DNA of 64,000 bases from Eukaryota sp. GEM-RC1 (taxonomy: Eukaryota). Where the stretch lies: NCBI GenBank assembly GCA_040285855.1, contig JAUFOQ010000017.1:744001-808000 (forward strand). The letters are read 5' to 3'. Below the pieces are notes generated by a model. It had not been told where the DNA came from. It searched no databases and saw only the letters and a list, made by a program, of their open reading frames with translations. The position numbers and the translations under genes are program-made. Below, piece by piece: positions 63,238-64,000 of this stretch (positions within the stretch are counted from its first letter, which is position 1; every line of letters starts with the position of its first letter).

Positions 63238-64000
63238 GATTTTAGAAGAATATGATATTTTTTAAAAATATGATATGGCTCAAAGAGTTTCTTGGTTTGA
63301 GAAACTAATGTGCTTCTGTTTGTACCACCGACATTCAGAAGTGTTTTCCTCTATTTTTATAGGGGGTTTTTTTATTTTGATTCTTTCACTCTCAAATAAC
63401 CAATTAATAAGCGATAAGATCCGTCTACGACTAACATTTTTCGAAAAGAAGTTTACTCTCAAGAACAAATAATTCTACATACATCTAATAAAAGCACTTT
63501 AGCGTAGATGCTCAGCCCTCGAGAAACCAACACCGCCAAATTTTGGCCAAAAAAGACACGACAAGGAAGTTTAGAAGTATTAATGCCAATCAAATTTGCC
63601 AAAAATTGAGTTCTCAAGGAGTTGAACTCATTAGGAATACCACGGGACAGCACAAGTGGTAAAGATCTAAGTAAAGGATTGATTTTCGATCCAAAACAAA
63701 CAAAAAGTACTGAAAAAGCCAAAGTGGTTATCGATCTTGAGATCTTGTATCGGCAAAAATTGGATTTTGTTTTTCCTCAGATAATTGTTGAGCACACATT
63801 CAATCTGTAATGTGTTGCCAAAATAGAAAAAATAGTAATGATAATTAATGTGTACTTTAAATTTGATTCGGTTAAAAAAGTGTACAGGATAATTACTGTT
63901 CTTCATCAAATCAGACTCATTGTGCTGAATGTGAGCAAATATTTGGCACCGGCTGTACGGATCAATAGGTCTCAATTTAACTTATTTGTACCGATCTCAT

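Overview
AT-rich eukaryotic genomic DNA with no introns evident, most likely a protist (inference). Many genes, including a housekeeping helicase, carry single-base frameshifts in homopolymer runs, which suggests an unpolished long-read assembly. Host genes: MCMBP-like, GPN3, a DEAH helicase, TPR and LRR proteins, a WRN-type exonuclease, a GH38 mannosidase, a ~5,300-aa repeat surface protein, a prokaryote-like CopZ-N/2Fe-2S protein and three tRNAs. These are interspersed with hAT MITEs, RLE non-LTR remnants and a Gypsy RT/RNase H remnant. The standout is a ~6-kb element (~15.4-21.4 kb). It encodes an inferred single ~1,720-aa polyprotein: hydrophobic leader + 2A ribosome-skip peptide, two Ulp1/SENP8-type proteases, a PolB-type DEDD 3'-5' exonuclease and a C-terminal Fanzor1 (eukaryotic TnpB/OMEGA RNA-guided nuclease). 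The Fanzor RuvC-III Asp reads Asn. A candidate omegaRNA scaffold follows, and its predicted guide is the start of the neighbouring host gene. Two further related 2A motifs lie at 62-63 kb.
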